From the NCBI GenBank assembly GCA_950097015.1, contig CATNEN010000007.1, positions 10,168,001-10,232,000 on the forward strand: DNA of 64,000 nucleotides, written 5' to 3'. Below the pieces are notes generated by a model, which was given only the letters and a program-made list of their open reading frames with translations, did no database searches and was not told where the DNA came from. A program made the translations under genes and the position numbers. Below are positions 1 to 12,000 of the stretch, piece by piece (position 1 is the stretch's first letter; each line of letters starts with the position of its first letter). Source of the stretch: Macrostomum hystrix (Eukaryota; Animalia; Platyhelminthes).

Positions 1-99
1 GGGGCGGACTTCAAACTTTTCCCTGTCACGGCCTCTCTAAGAAGGAAATGAAACAGGGAGAAAGGAGGAGCTAGTCTGGGCTGGGGATCTCAAGGTAAG

Positions 100-3000
100 A
101 TGAAGAATTCGGGAAAGCGTCTTCGAATCTTCGAAGCGGAAGCCGGGGAGGGAAGCGCAGTTTCCGCCGGGTGAGTAGATGGGGAGATGAGGCTGAGAAG
201 CCCTGGCCGGATAGGGGCGGCTGGAGGAGGCATGAGCAGATTTCGTGCAGTGCCACCGCTCATAAATCAGTTGCCGCTGAAGTTGAGCTCTTCTAATCCG
301 CCTTTTCCCGTTTTCAACTTATCCACCGCCTGCTCGTTGCCTTCTGCTGCAGAACAAGCATGCTGGAGGCCGAAGATACAACGCAGCGGGCTTCGCCACC
401 GGGCCCGCTAACCGAAGCCGCTGCACCTGTTGACGAAGGTGCGGAAGCGACCGCTGATCAGCTAGACGAAGCTGCGCTCGGCGACGCAGCCAAGACGGTG
501 GCTGGGGCGTCCGAGTCGCCAACCGACAGCATGGAGCCGACTTGTCAAAGTGTGTCGGCGTTACCGACGCTGCCGACGCTGCCGCTGACCGAGGCGAAGT
601 CGGCCTCGAAGTGCGGCGGCACCCGGCCAAGCTCACGGGGATCCGCAGACGACGGTGAGTGTCTGTGAATAGCTGTGAGTGTGTCTGTGAATGGCTGTGA
701 GTGTGTCTGTGAATGGCTGTGAGTGTGTCTGTGAATGGCTGTGAGTGTGTCTGTGAATGGCTGTGAGTGTGTCTGTGAATAGCTGTGAGTGTGTCTGTGA
801 ATAGCTGTGAGTGTGTCTGTGAATGGAGGCGAGTGTTTCTGTGAATGGAGGCGAGTGTGTCTGTGAATGGAGGCGAGTGTGTCTGTGAATGGAGGCGAGT
901 GTGTCTGTGAATGGAGGCGAGTGTGTCTGTGAATGGAGGCGAGTGTGTCTGTGAATGGAGGCGAGTGTGTCTGTGAATGGAGGCGAGTGTGTCTGTGAAT
1001 GGAGGCGAGTGTGTCTGTGAATGGAGGCGAGTGAGTCTGTGAATGGAGGCGAGTGTGTCTGTGAATGGAGGCGAGTGTGTCTGTGAATGGAGGCGAGTGT
1101 GTCTGTGAATGGAGGCGAGTGAGTCTGTGAATGGAGGCGAGTGTGTCTGTGAATGGAGGCGAGTGTGTCTGTGAATGGAGGCGAGTGTGTCTGTGAATGG
1201 AGGCGAGTGTGTCTGTGAATGGAGGCGAGTGAGTCTGTGAATGGAGGCGAGTGTGTCTGTGAATGGAGGCGAGTGAGTCTGTGAATGGAGGCGAGTGTGT
1301 CTGTGAATGGAGGCGAGTGTGTCTGTGAATGGAGGCGAGTGAGTCTGTGAATGGAGGCGAGTGTGTGTCTGGTGCATGGTGCCTGAAGAAATAATTGTAC
1401 ACACTGCAGTGGTATTTCAGTGTTCTATCAAGGTGACTCTCTGGCTCATGCCTTGCCTGCAGGCATTTTAATTTTGTAAAAAAATCTCACCTAGAAGTTT
1501 TAATTAGTTAGCATTTGTGTATTTCTAATTGTCTGACTAACTATTCCTTTAAATAGATAATGATGAAATAGTTATAATATCTGTTTATTTCTCTTATGCG
1601 CAGTTGACTGGCCTGAGCTCTGTTGTAGGTCCAGCCCCCACCAAAAATTAAAGAATTAAAAAACTGAGCAAAAAAGTAAAATTAATTTCACACTGATCCG
1701 AGAAAATTAGCAGACTCAGCAGCAGAAGCAGCAGCAGCAGCTATAGGGTGAAGAGAGAGACAGCAACTTAAGTAATTTACGAAGCCAGTTGACAGCAGAG
1801 ATTGTGAAAGCAGGTTCTGCTGCAGGCAGCACAAGTTGTGCAGCTCCAGTTATTTCCTGCAAATTGCGCACCTAGGCTCAGCTGCTCGGAGCTGACCGAA
1901 GGCTGGGGACAGCCGCATAGGTGGGGGGCCCCCGGAGACAGGCCAGTCTGCTGAACTATATTTTCTGAAAGCAACTTGGAAGACTCGAAACTGCGTATCC
2001 AAGAAACTCGTTAACTTTCTCTTCTTTAACTATTACGGAGAGAACTCCGAATTCCTGTCACTTGGAAGAACACAGCACGAGCAAGAGCTCAAGAGCTCCA
2101 CCGAACATTTTTGAGGCGACCTCCGCCCATAGAAATGTTTGTGCAAAATTTTTGCCGGCTGCCTCAGAAAAAAAGTGGCTCGAGGGCCGCGGGACCGCGC
2201 GATGCAACTTGAGTCGCTCTGAGCAGGCTTTTAGAAGGACAGAAACGGGATCAGCTCTGCTGAAACATTTCTCCCCTATTCTCTTTTTAGCCCTTGAGGA
2301 TGAAATGCCGCCGGTGTTTTTTTGTTTGTCTTTTATCCGAAGCGGCCACGCTTTTTGTTCCAGGGATAAAAAGCCCCGGCCGCAGATAGGGAAGCCTCCA
2401 TATCTCCGTATCCCCTTTTTCTTGTTAGCGAGGCAAAAGTTTTTGTGCCTCAGCCTGAGATCCCAGAATTGTTGCTCGCAGCGAAGGCGGCTGGCTTTCA
2501 TCCTCGGCCCGGCCATTGTTTAGTTTGGCCGGGAGCAGCTCGCACACTTTTTTCATCTCGTCGTCATTTTTTGAGTCTTCTTTCATTCTCAGTTTTCTTG
2601 TGCAAGAGTCAAAGCGCAGACTTTGGGTGGAGGTCGGGGTATCGTTGAGTGGGATAAATGGGGGGATAGAAATTGGAGCGAAAAAATTCTCCCCAGGATA
2701 TTGCTCCCGATGGCTAATTTGCTTTGTCGGAGCCCGCTGACTCTCTTCGGCCGGTGCTTCCCTGACTGCGGCTCACCGCCTGGCGATGCTGGAAGCAGCA
2801 ACTTCCCAACGCGTGAGTTGCGGCCTCGAGGATTATCGGTGGGGCGTGGCGGCCCGCATTGCCTTTTACCGCCTGGTCTGGCCGGCCGGTCAAGTTGCCG
2901 GGCTAATTGCCTGGCCGAGGGTCGGCGCTTGATTTTGTTTCAAATTTTCCCGATCTCCGCTTTTCAATGCGGCTCGAAATTCCCCGGAGACAAGCGGGGA

Positions 3001-6000
3001 GCGGGGAAAAGTGTGCGCCGGAGAGCAAGTTTGATCCCGCTGGCATTGGGATATAAAATATCAGGCACTCTCCCTGCCAAACCGAACTGGCAAGGATATC
3101 ACGTGCGGCGTCCCCACCACCGCTGTTGCAGACTCATCGCTCAGTGGAGGCGACTCAAAGTGTCCCAACCCGGCCTGCGACGGCTCCGGCCACTCTACTG
3201 GACTTTACTCACGCCATCGGAGGTGAGCTGCGGTGGATTTTTCCTGAATCCCGATTCACCACCGAATCAGGTTTATCGCGAATTTACCCCAAATTTATCC
3301 AAAAATCTAGATTTATCCCAAAATCTTGATTTATCCAAAAATCTTGATTTGTCCCAAAATCTTGATCAAATCCTAAATCCCGACTTTTAATCACTATCCC
3401 AACATATCCAGGATCGCTGTCACACCCATCCAGGAATCCAATCTCCCTCCTAAATCCCCGCATGTTGCTCGCAGACACTCGCAGAAAAATTGCGATAAAA
3501 GAATTGGGATTTGGTTTTTTGAAGAGGCCGAAATCAGTGGGCGATGAATACCTGCAATCAATTATTCCTTCGAATCGGCGCCCAGAAGCGCGTTTTTGAA
3601 GTGCCGCCTCTTGAAGCGGTCGGGGCAGTTTCTTAGAAAAATAGAGTCGCTCGCGAAGGCGCCAGCCGCCCACTTATCACCGCGGCGATGGGGCCTGGGG
3701 AAAATTTCAAATTTTGTGAGCTCAAAGATCCTTAGAATCGAGCTCAGATAGGAGGGCGGTGGGTGCGGGACAGGCTAAAGCTGCTAGTTTCTGCAGCACA
3801 GCAGCGGAGGGGGTGGCGGGAGCTGCAAGTATGGAAGAATCGCAGCCGTAAAGTGGTCGGGAAGAGAGACAAGGAGATGCGGGCCATTTGAATTGAATTA
3901 CATTTTTTGCAGCTTATCATTCTTGCACAGCCTCAGCGAGTTTGGAGGGGGCTGTGCTCAGGAATGGGATTTTTGCATTGATAAAAACTGCTTTGCATTA
4001 GTTGAATCTGAGAGGTGGCTGGGGCAACTCTGCCCGCAGAGATTCCCGGGAGAAGATTGGCCCGTTCCGTCTCTTCTGCTTCTATTATTTATGCTCATTG
4101 TTGTTCGACCGCGATTTCACTTCCCCGGAGAAGTGGGGGGGGTCGGTGAAAAATTGGCAATTCCTGTGAGAGCTCGCGGAGGCACTGACACTCGGCCCCG
4201 CGACACCGGCACGGGAAGCCTTCGAAACAAAGCGGGATATGAGTGGGGAGAAACTGGCTGCGATTGGGGATTTGGAAAAAAAGCTGGGATAAAATCCCCA
4301 ATGCTGGTATCCCAGAGATACTTGTTGCGATTGTCAACTTGCGAGAGAGCGGGAAGCGGGGAGGCTGACGGCAAGATGGGGAATGAAAGATGCTGGCCCA
4401 TTTTTAATGCAGTTTTATCAGAACTCAGATTTTCCAACTCAAGCTTTTTGTTGCTTTTTGTCTGTTGAACAGGCCGCTATAGTTTTTGCTCGCCCTGTCC
4501 CGCAGCACTGGGAGCGGGCAGACATTGTGATGGGGTGGAACTCAAGCTGACTTTTTGTTCAACACAAGCGCGGCGGCATCCCCAGCTCCCAGGTCTCAGG
4601 GGAGATTCTTCCCACAGTTGTCAGAGGGGATATCTGAAGCTGGGGGCGAACCCAGGGGGGAGATTCTTCCCACAGTTGTCAGAGGGGATGTCTGAAGCTG
4701 GGGGCGAACCCAGGGGGAGATTCTTCCCACAGTTGTCAGAGGGGATGTCTGAAGCTGGGGGCGAACCCAGGGGGGAGATTCTTCCCACAGTTGTCAGAGG
4801 GGATATCTGAAGCTGGGGGCGAACCCAGGGGGAGATTCTTCCCACAGTTGTCAGAGGGGATGTCTGAAGCTGGGGGCGAACCCAGGGGGGAGATTCTTCC
4901 CACAGTTGTCAGAGGGGATGTCTGAAGCTGGGGGCGGACCGGCGGCCGCGGTTCGATTGTTGGGAATCAGCCAAGCATTTCGGCCCACTCGAAGTCCGCT
5001 CAGTGAAAGCTGAGCCCAGTCTGTAATGGACCGAGGGAAAAGGGGGAGCCTTCTCCCAACTGCAGGGAGCTCAGGTTGAAGAATTGCTGGCTGAAAGGCC
5101 TGCGACTCGCATTCTGTGGTGGGGCAGCAGATCCAGTTGGCTGGCCACGAAGCAGCCCGGCTTGGCCTCCTTCCAAGCCGCTGCAGCTTCTCTTGCAGCT
5201 TGGCTCTTTTTTCTTTCATCTGCCTTCAAGAATTCTTCAGATTTCATACCTGCCCCTTGAGCCAGGGCGCCTCTGCTCCCTGACCTTGTCTACCCTCTGG
5301 CCTACCAGCGTACCTCTCCCTCACTCTCCCGTCTCTCTCTACTCTCACTCGACCTCTCTCACTCTACCTCTCTCGCTCTACCTCTGTTACTCTACCTCTC
5401 TAACTCTATCTCTCTAACTCTACCTCTCTCACTCTACCTCTCTCACTCTACCTCTCTAACTCTATCTCTCTAACTCTACCTCTCTCACTCTACCTCTCTC
5501 ACTCTACCTCTCTTACTCTACCTCTCTTACTCTACCTCTCTTTCTCTACCTCTTACTCTACCTCTCTTTCTCTACCTCTTACTCTACCTCTCTTACTCTA
5601 CCTCTCTCACTCTACCTCTCTTACTCTACCCCTCTTACTCTACCTCTCTCACTCTACCTCTCTTACTCTACCCCTCTTACTCTACCTCTCTCACTCTACC
5701 TCTCTTACTCTACCCCTCTTACTCTACCTCTCTTACTCTACCTCTCTTACTCTACCCCTCTTACTCTACCTCTCTTACTCTACCTCTCTTACTCTACCTC
5801 TCTTTCTCTACCCCTCTTACTCTACCTCTCATACTCTACCTCTTACTCTACCTCTCTCACTCTACCCCTCTTACTCTACCTCTCATACTCTACCTCTTAC
5901 TCTACCTCTCTCACTCTACCTCTCTTACTCTACCCCTCTTACTCTACCTCTCTTACTCTACCTCTCTTACTCTACCCCTCTTACTCTACCTCTCTTACTC

Positions 6001-8981
6001 TACCTCTCTTACTCTACCTCTCTTTCTCTACCTCTTACTCTACCTCTCTTACTCTACCTCTTACTCTACCTCTCTCACTCTACCCCTCTTACTCTACCTC
6101 TCTTACTCTACCTCTTACTCTACCTCTCTCACTCTACCTCTCTTACTCTACCCCTCTTACTCTACCTCTCTTACTCTACCCCTCTTACTCTACCTCTCTC
6201 ACTCTAGCCCTCTTACTCTACCTCTCATACTCTACCTCTTACTCTACCTCTCTCACTCTACCCCTCTTACTCTACCTCTCATACTCTACCTCTTACTCTA
6301 CCTCTCTCACTCTACCTCTCTTACTCTACCCCTCTTACTCTACCTCTCTTACTCTACCTCTCTTACTCTACCTCTCTTACTCTACCTCTCTTACTCTACC
6401 TCTCTTAATCTACCTCTCTTACTCTACCTCTTACTCTACCTCTCTCACTCTACCTCTCTTACTCTACCCCTCTTACTCTACCTCTCTTACTCTACCTCTC
6501 TTACTCTACCTCTCTTACTCTACCTCTCTTACTCTACCTCTCTTAATCTACCTCTCTTACTCTACCACTCTCACTCTACCTCCTACTCAGGTTAGGTAAT
6601 TTCGCGGAGCCAAACAGATATGGAAAAGTGGCCTATGCTTTTAGCCGCAGCCAAGAGTCTACTTAAAAAATCTTTAACAGACTAGTTTTTGTCAGATCTC
6701 AGCAACTGTAAATCAACTGGCCCTCAAAAGAAAACTTGCGCCGCAAAGTGACAAATCCCCCCCCAGCTGCTGATCTGTTCTCCCCACCCCAAAGCGTTCG
6801 CCTTCGCTTCTCAAGGCGCAGTCCAAAATCTTTGCCACTGACAGCCAATTTGTCTCTCCCACCCCCACTAGCAGCCTCCGAGACCCGCTAATGAAGTCGC
6901 CCAGCAGTCATAAACTGCTCTCACTGATGAGATATGGCGCCTGTCACCAGATCCCGGCAGGGAGAATGTTCCCCTAAAATGTGGAATCATAATAAACTGT
7001 TCTCTCACTGCCTGACTCTCCAAAGCTGGGCTTAAAAGCTTCCTGCAACAATCTCTGCCGCTAACTTGTCGATTTTCTCAGGCAGACAGAAGGGAAAATG
7101 GGCCCGCGCTGTGAACCCTCAGCTCCTCTCCCCAAGTGTTTTACGATCGCTGAGAGCCTCCCCGCCTCCCACTCGGCAGTTGGGAAGTGCTTTTCTCCCC
7201 TCGGGCGGAAGCGGCCGTTAGGATGTCACAAACTTGACCGAACCCCGCAGCCGTCACACCTTATTCTAACCAAATCTCCCACCCGCCCCCTGTTGCAGCT
7301 TATCCGGCTGTCCCAGAAAAGACAAATCAGTTCTCCAAGGTAAGTTGAGACTGCCTGCCTGCCTACCTTTGCTGAGTTTTACTGCCTGTGTGTCTATTTT
7401 TCTTTCTGTGTTCTGAGCGTGTTTGAGTGGCCTGAGTTCGCTGCTGTCAAGTCCTCCCGCTTCTTTCCCTGCTGCCGCTGAAGTTGTAAAATTCCAGGCG
7501 GAAGTCAACTTTCTGGCCAGCTGCCCCCCCTCTCAGTCAGCTGACCGCTGCCTGTCAGATTGCCCGCCTTCCTGTCCCACTTCGGGCCCTCCGGTGGCAG
7601 CCAGAGCTCCTTGCCCGCTGCCTGCCTCCTGGTTTATGTCTCTTAGATTTCTGTGTTTTGTTGTTTTGCCTTTTCTCTATTCTTTTTTTGCCGTTTGAGG
7701 GCTGCTCGGGTGCCTGCTCAAAGGCTGGCCTGAGTCCCGTGAGCCACGTACTCAATGGTTCGGAAGCGGGTTTGGTGTGAGTCTAAACTGAAGACACCTC
7801 TGGCTCTTGTTTGTCTCTAAGCTTTAAGGAATTATGGAGTTTGATCGAATGAAACTGGGCCGATGTGAATTGATGGGGTGACTTACTGATAAAGTGTGGA
7901 TGTTCGTGAAGAGTGTGAATGAATGTGAAGTGTGAATGTACGTGAACCAGTGTGAAAGCATGTGAAAGTGTGAATGGATGTGAAAAGTGTGAATGGATGT
8001 GAAAAGTGTGAATGGATGTAAAAAGTGTGAATGGATGTAAAAAGTGTAAATGGATGTAAAAAGTGTGAATGGATGTAAAAAGTGTAAATGGATGTAAAAA
8101 GTGTGAATGAATGTGAAGTGTGAATGTACGTGAACCAGTGTGAAAGCATGGGAAAGTGTGAATGGATGTGAAAGTGTGAATGGATGTAAAAAGTGTGAAT
8201 GCACGTGAAAGTGTGAATGGATGTGAAAAGTGTGAATGGATGTGAAAAGTGTGAATGGATGTAAAAAGTGTGAATGGATATAAAAAGTGTGAATGAATGT
8301 GAAGTGTGAATGTACGTGAACCAGTGTGAAAGCATGTGAAAGTGTGAATGGATGTGAAAGTGTGAATGGATGTGAAAAGTGTGAATGGATGTAAAAAGTG
8401 TGAATGGATGTGAAAAGTGTGAATGGATGTAAAAAGTGTGAATGCACGTGAAATGTATGAATGGATGTGAAAAGTGTGAATGGATGTAAAAAGTGTGAAT
8501 GGATGTGAAAGTGTGAATGCATGTGAAAGTGTGAATGGATGTGAAAAGTATGAATGCATGTAAAAAGTGTGAATGGACGTGAAAAGTGTGAATGGATGTG
8601 AAAAGTGTGAATGAATGTGAAAAGTGTGACAGGAGGTGAGTGCCGGCATGAATGACAAGCAGGTCCCACGCCGCGCCTGTCCGCAGGACTGCAGAGCCTG
8701 GCCCAGTGTCCAACCGAGGGCTGCCAGGGCAAGGGACATGTGAACGGCAGGCGCAGCCATCACAGAAGGTGAGGGGATTCGGGAGACTTTCTAGAAATTA
8801 AAATTTCACAAATTTCAAACAGCCTCGCGTCCTCAAATTGAGCAGACTCAAAATCTCTGTGGGAGAAATATGCAAATTCCTTGTTTCCACCATCAGCAGT
8901 TCCAGCATTGATGGCCAAGTTTTATGACTCGGGCAATCAGCGCAAAGCACCCCCCCTGAATCCCGGACCAGCAACAGCAAT

Positions 8982-9014
<33 letters not shown>

Positions 9015-12000
9015 TACTTTGACATTTTATGCAAATAATTGCCCCGCCCGCAACTTATCTGCGGCGTCCCCCGGCCCCACTAAGCCAGGCAGCGCCTTGT
9101 CTTTTAAAAAACACGGGCCATGGTTACAAAATTGTGGAGTGCCGCATCTGTCGAGTCCTCTTGGAAAGAGGAAAAAGAGACACAGGGGGTAGAGGGAGAA
9201 TGAGAAGGCAAGATGAAGAAGGCCCAGCGATCCACTCGCTGAGGCTGCTGGGGCCGGCAGCAATGCGCAGAAAGTTGCATTTGTTAGCAAATAAATGCCC
9301 GGCCAACATTTTGGAGCCGCTGGTCCGCCCGGACCCGCGCCGTGTTTATCCAGGGCCCACTCTAAACATCTGTCACAGGCCCTCTGCCATCGATTCCCGA
9401 CTTTCAAGTTGGCCTTGAGAAGCCCGTGACGGGCCAACCCCCGCCATCAAACTCCGAGAAGAACCCGGGCTTCTTCTGCAGCATCCCCCACCCGCTGCAT
9501 CTTCGGACTGCCGCTGCCCCCCTTCCAGCCCGTCTCCCGCGGGAGCAGCAGATGAGGGGGAGAAGACAGCAGCAAAGATGGGCCGAGTTGAGAGAGAGTG
9601 GGATAAAAAATGGGAGGCTGGATGAGGACAGAAGACGAGATGAGGAAGAGAAGGCAGGTACAGGTGGGCCGGGCAAGTTGGGGGGGAGCACCTCTGGAGT
9701 CTGCTTGTTTGCCGTGAGTTATCAGTTTTATTTAAAGAGAGTCAGTAATTTCCGCCTCTAACAAATTTTCCCATAATTATCCCCGGACAGCGCCCGCTGC
9801 CCCCAACCCCCCCAGTCACCTGGGGATGCGCCCAGCTACTCTACAGGACTCGCGATTATTAGAGCGAAGCACTCAGCCTTGCCTTCCTTCCCTTCGAGTC
9901 CGCGGCGTCTCCGCAGGCTCCTCTCCTACTCAGTGTTTCGCCCCCCCCGCCACCGCCCGATGCCTGCTGGTAAAGTTTCAGTTGTCAGCGGCACACCGGC
10001 TGTAATCTGTCAATTTCATCAGCACCTCTTAGTGTTCCAGCGGCTCATCAGCGGGGCTTGCGGCCTGTCGTGTCCGCATTCTGGGCTCCGGCCTGAGCAG
10101 CCCGGCATGTGCCGCTTACAACCCCCCCCCCAATGCTCCCTCACTCTGTGGTCTTCGCTCCGTGGGATACAAGGCTTGGGAAATGGGAACGCTGGGACGG
10201 GATGAGGAGGCCGGGAAAGCGGGCCAAGGCGCCACCCCAGATAAAAGTTAATTAAATCTCAGCCGGAGCTGACAAAGTTTTCAGCCCCCAACTGCCAGTC
10301 AGCCCGGCCGACATCAAAATTGTAGCGGAGGCGATCGGTGCCCCGCCCCCGCCCTAATCCGGGCTGTATCCGTCAGCGGCCTGTCTGCGGCAGGCTGCCG
10401 GGGTCGCTGAAAGCCCTGCCAGCAGCAGCGGGAGGTGCCAGCCGAGTCTTTGGAGTCGATTCCGCTGGGGGGGGAAGCTTCGCTACTTTGGCTGCCTCTG
10501 GGCTCATGACATGTTCAAGTGTGCGCTCGCTTTTTAGAAGAATGTTTTCCGGGACTCCGCTGCTGCTGCTGCACACTAAGCTTTTGCTACTAAGGAGATG
10601 TGCCGTACTCTGTCTTGTAAATTATATTATCGTTATTGGTGTACTAGTTGTAAAGATTTTTGCAAGTCATTTTTACGATGTCATTTATTAAGTTGAAGAA
10701 ACTGCTGTTTAGTTTAAGAGACTATTGTTGCCATGGCAACTGCCACCTGATTGTTCAGTTTAAGAGACTATTGTTGCCACGGCAACTGCCACCTAATTAT
10801 TCAGTTTAAGAGACTATTGTTGCCACGGCAACTGCCACCTAATTATTCAGTTTAAGAGACTATTGTTGCCACGGCAACTGCCACCTAATTATTCAGTTTA
10901 AGAGACTATTGTTGTCATGGCAAGTGCCAGCCGAAGAGTTTATAGGACGCTGCTTGCTCTAAGAAATGTGACATGTAAACTGAAATTCAGGCCAGACAAA
11001 AGCTCACACTGGCAGTGGCTGGGGTTGATGAATCAGGCGTCACCCTGCAGCAGGTGAGCCACTCAGCCCCAGATTCTCATCTCTGCTCGAATACCCCGTC
11101 CTGCTCGAGAGTGACGGACATATTTTATGGTTTTATTTCCCGCGCTCTCCATCGTCTCAAACCCGAATTGAGAAGCTGCGGGGCGCGGATTTCACGCATG
11201 GCCCGGGCCGGGCAGTCACTCCAGTGTGTTCCCCGAGGAACTTCATGTGAGCCAGAACTACAAGTGATTAGACGGATTGGAAAAGCAGGAAAAGTTGAGG
11301 ATGAAAAGTTAATAATCATGGGAGGCTGACCCCTGCTGCTGCTGCTGCTGCTGAGGGCAATATCACACGCCCACCCCATCGCCAGATTTTGCCCAGCTCT
11401 CCTAGTCGAAATGAAAACGAAAAAAGACCATTTCGCAGCATTTTGAGAGGCCGTGAGAGGCGAGGCGAGTAGAGGCCGAGGGAAAACTCGCCTATTTCTC
11501 TATGGGCTAAATATACGTGAAACTCGGCTAGCCTCCATAACCAGCTCACCTGTGCCCCATCGCTTGGCAGCACCGATGGGATCAGTGTTGTTAAGTCTGC
11601 TTTGATCCTCCTAACGCCACGCCCCCCTCTGTCTGTACTCCCGCAGCCTGTCCGGCTGTCCGGTGGCCGCTCTCGGCCGGCTGGTGAAGGGCCGCAGCCC
11701 CGGCAAGATCGCAGGTGAGTAAGGCCGGCTCCTTCATCAATAATAGAACTTTTGCAAAGCCGAAATCGCAATTGCCAAGGCGACTTATTCCACACGGCTG
11801 GAGATGGGCCAACTTTGAAGCGGACTTTGAGCTGGCGAAATCTGTCCCGAAAACCGGCCCTACGCAGCTTTGAGAAGCGGCGTCGAAATTGGCTTCCCAC
11901 CGAGCAACAAAGGGGGATTATAATCACAGAGACCTACTGGGAATTATTTCCTTAGATTGAGTCTCCGCCCCTGTCTTCTGTTAGGAGAAACTTTCAACAG

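Noticed and set aside
319-1404. Long His/Thr-rich ORFs here, and similar ORFs at 7.8-8.7, 14.9-16.3, 22.3-23.0, 35.8-37.1, 38.1-38.8 and 43.7-44.9 kb
   Set aside because: They are translations of stop-free minisatellites, open in several frames and on both strands.
2058-3131. ORFs of 150-255 aa in the Myt1 intron
   Set aside because: No recognisable domain or coding-like composition. Only 3132-3222, in another frame, is supported.
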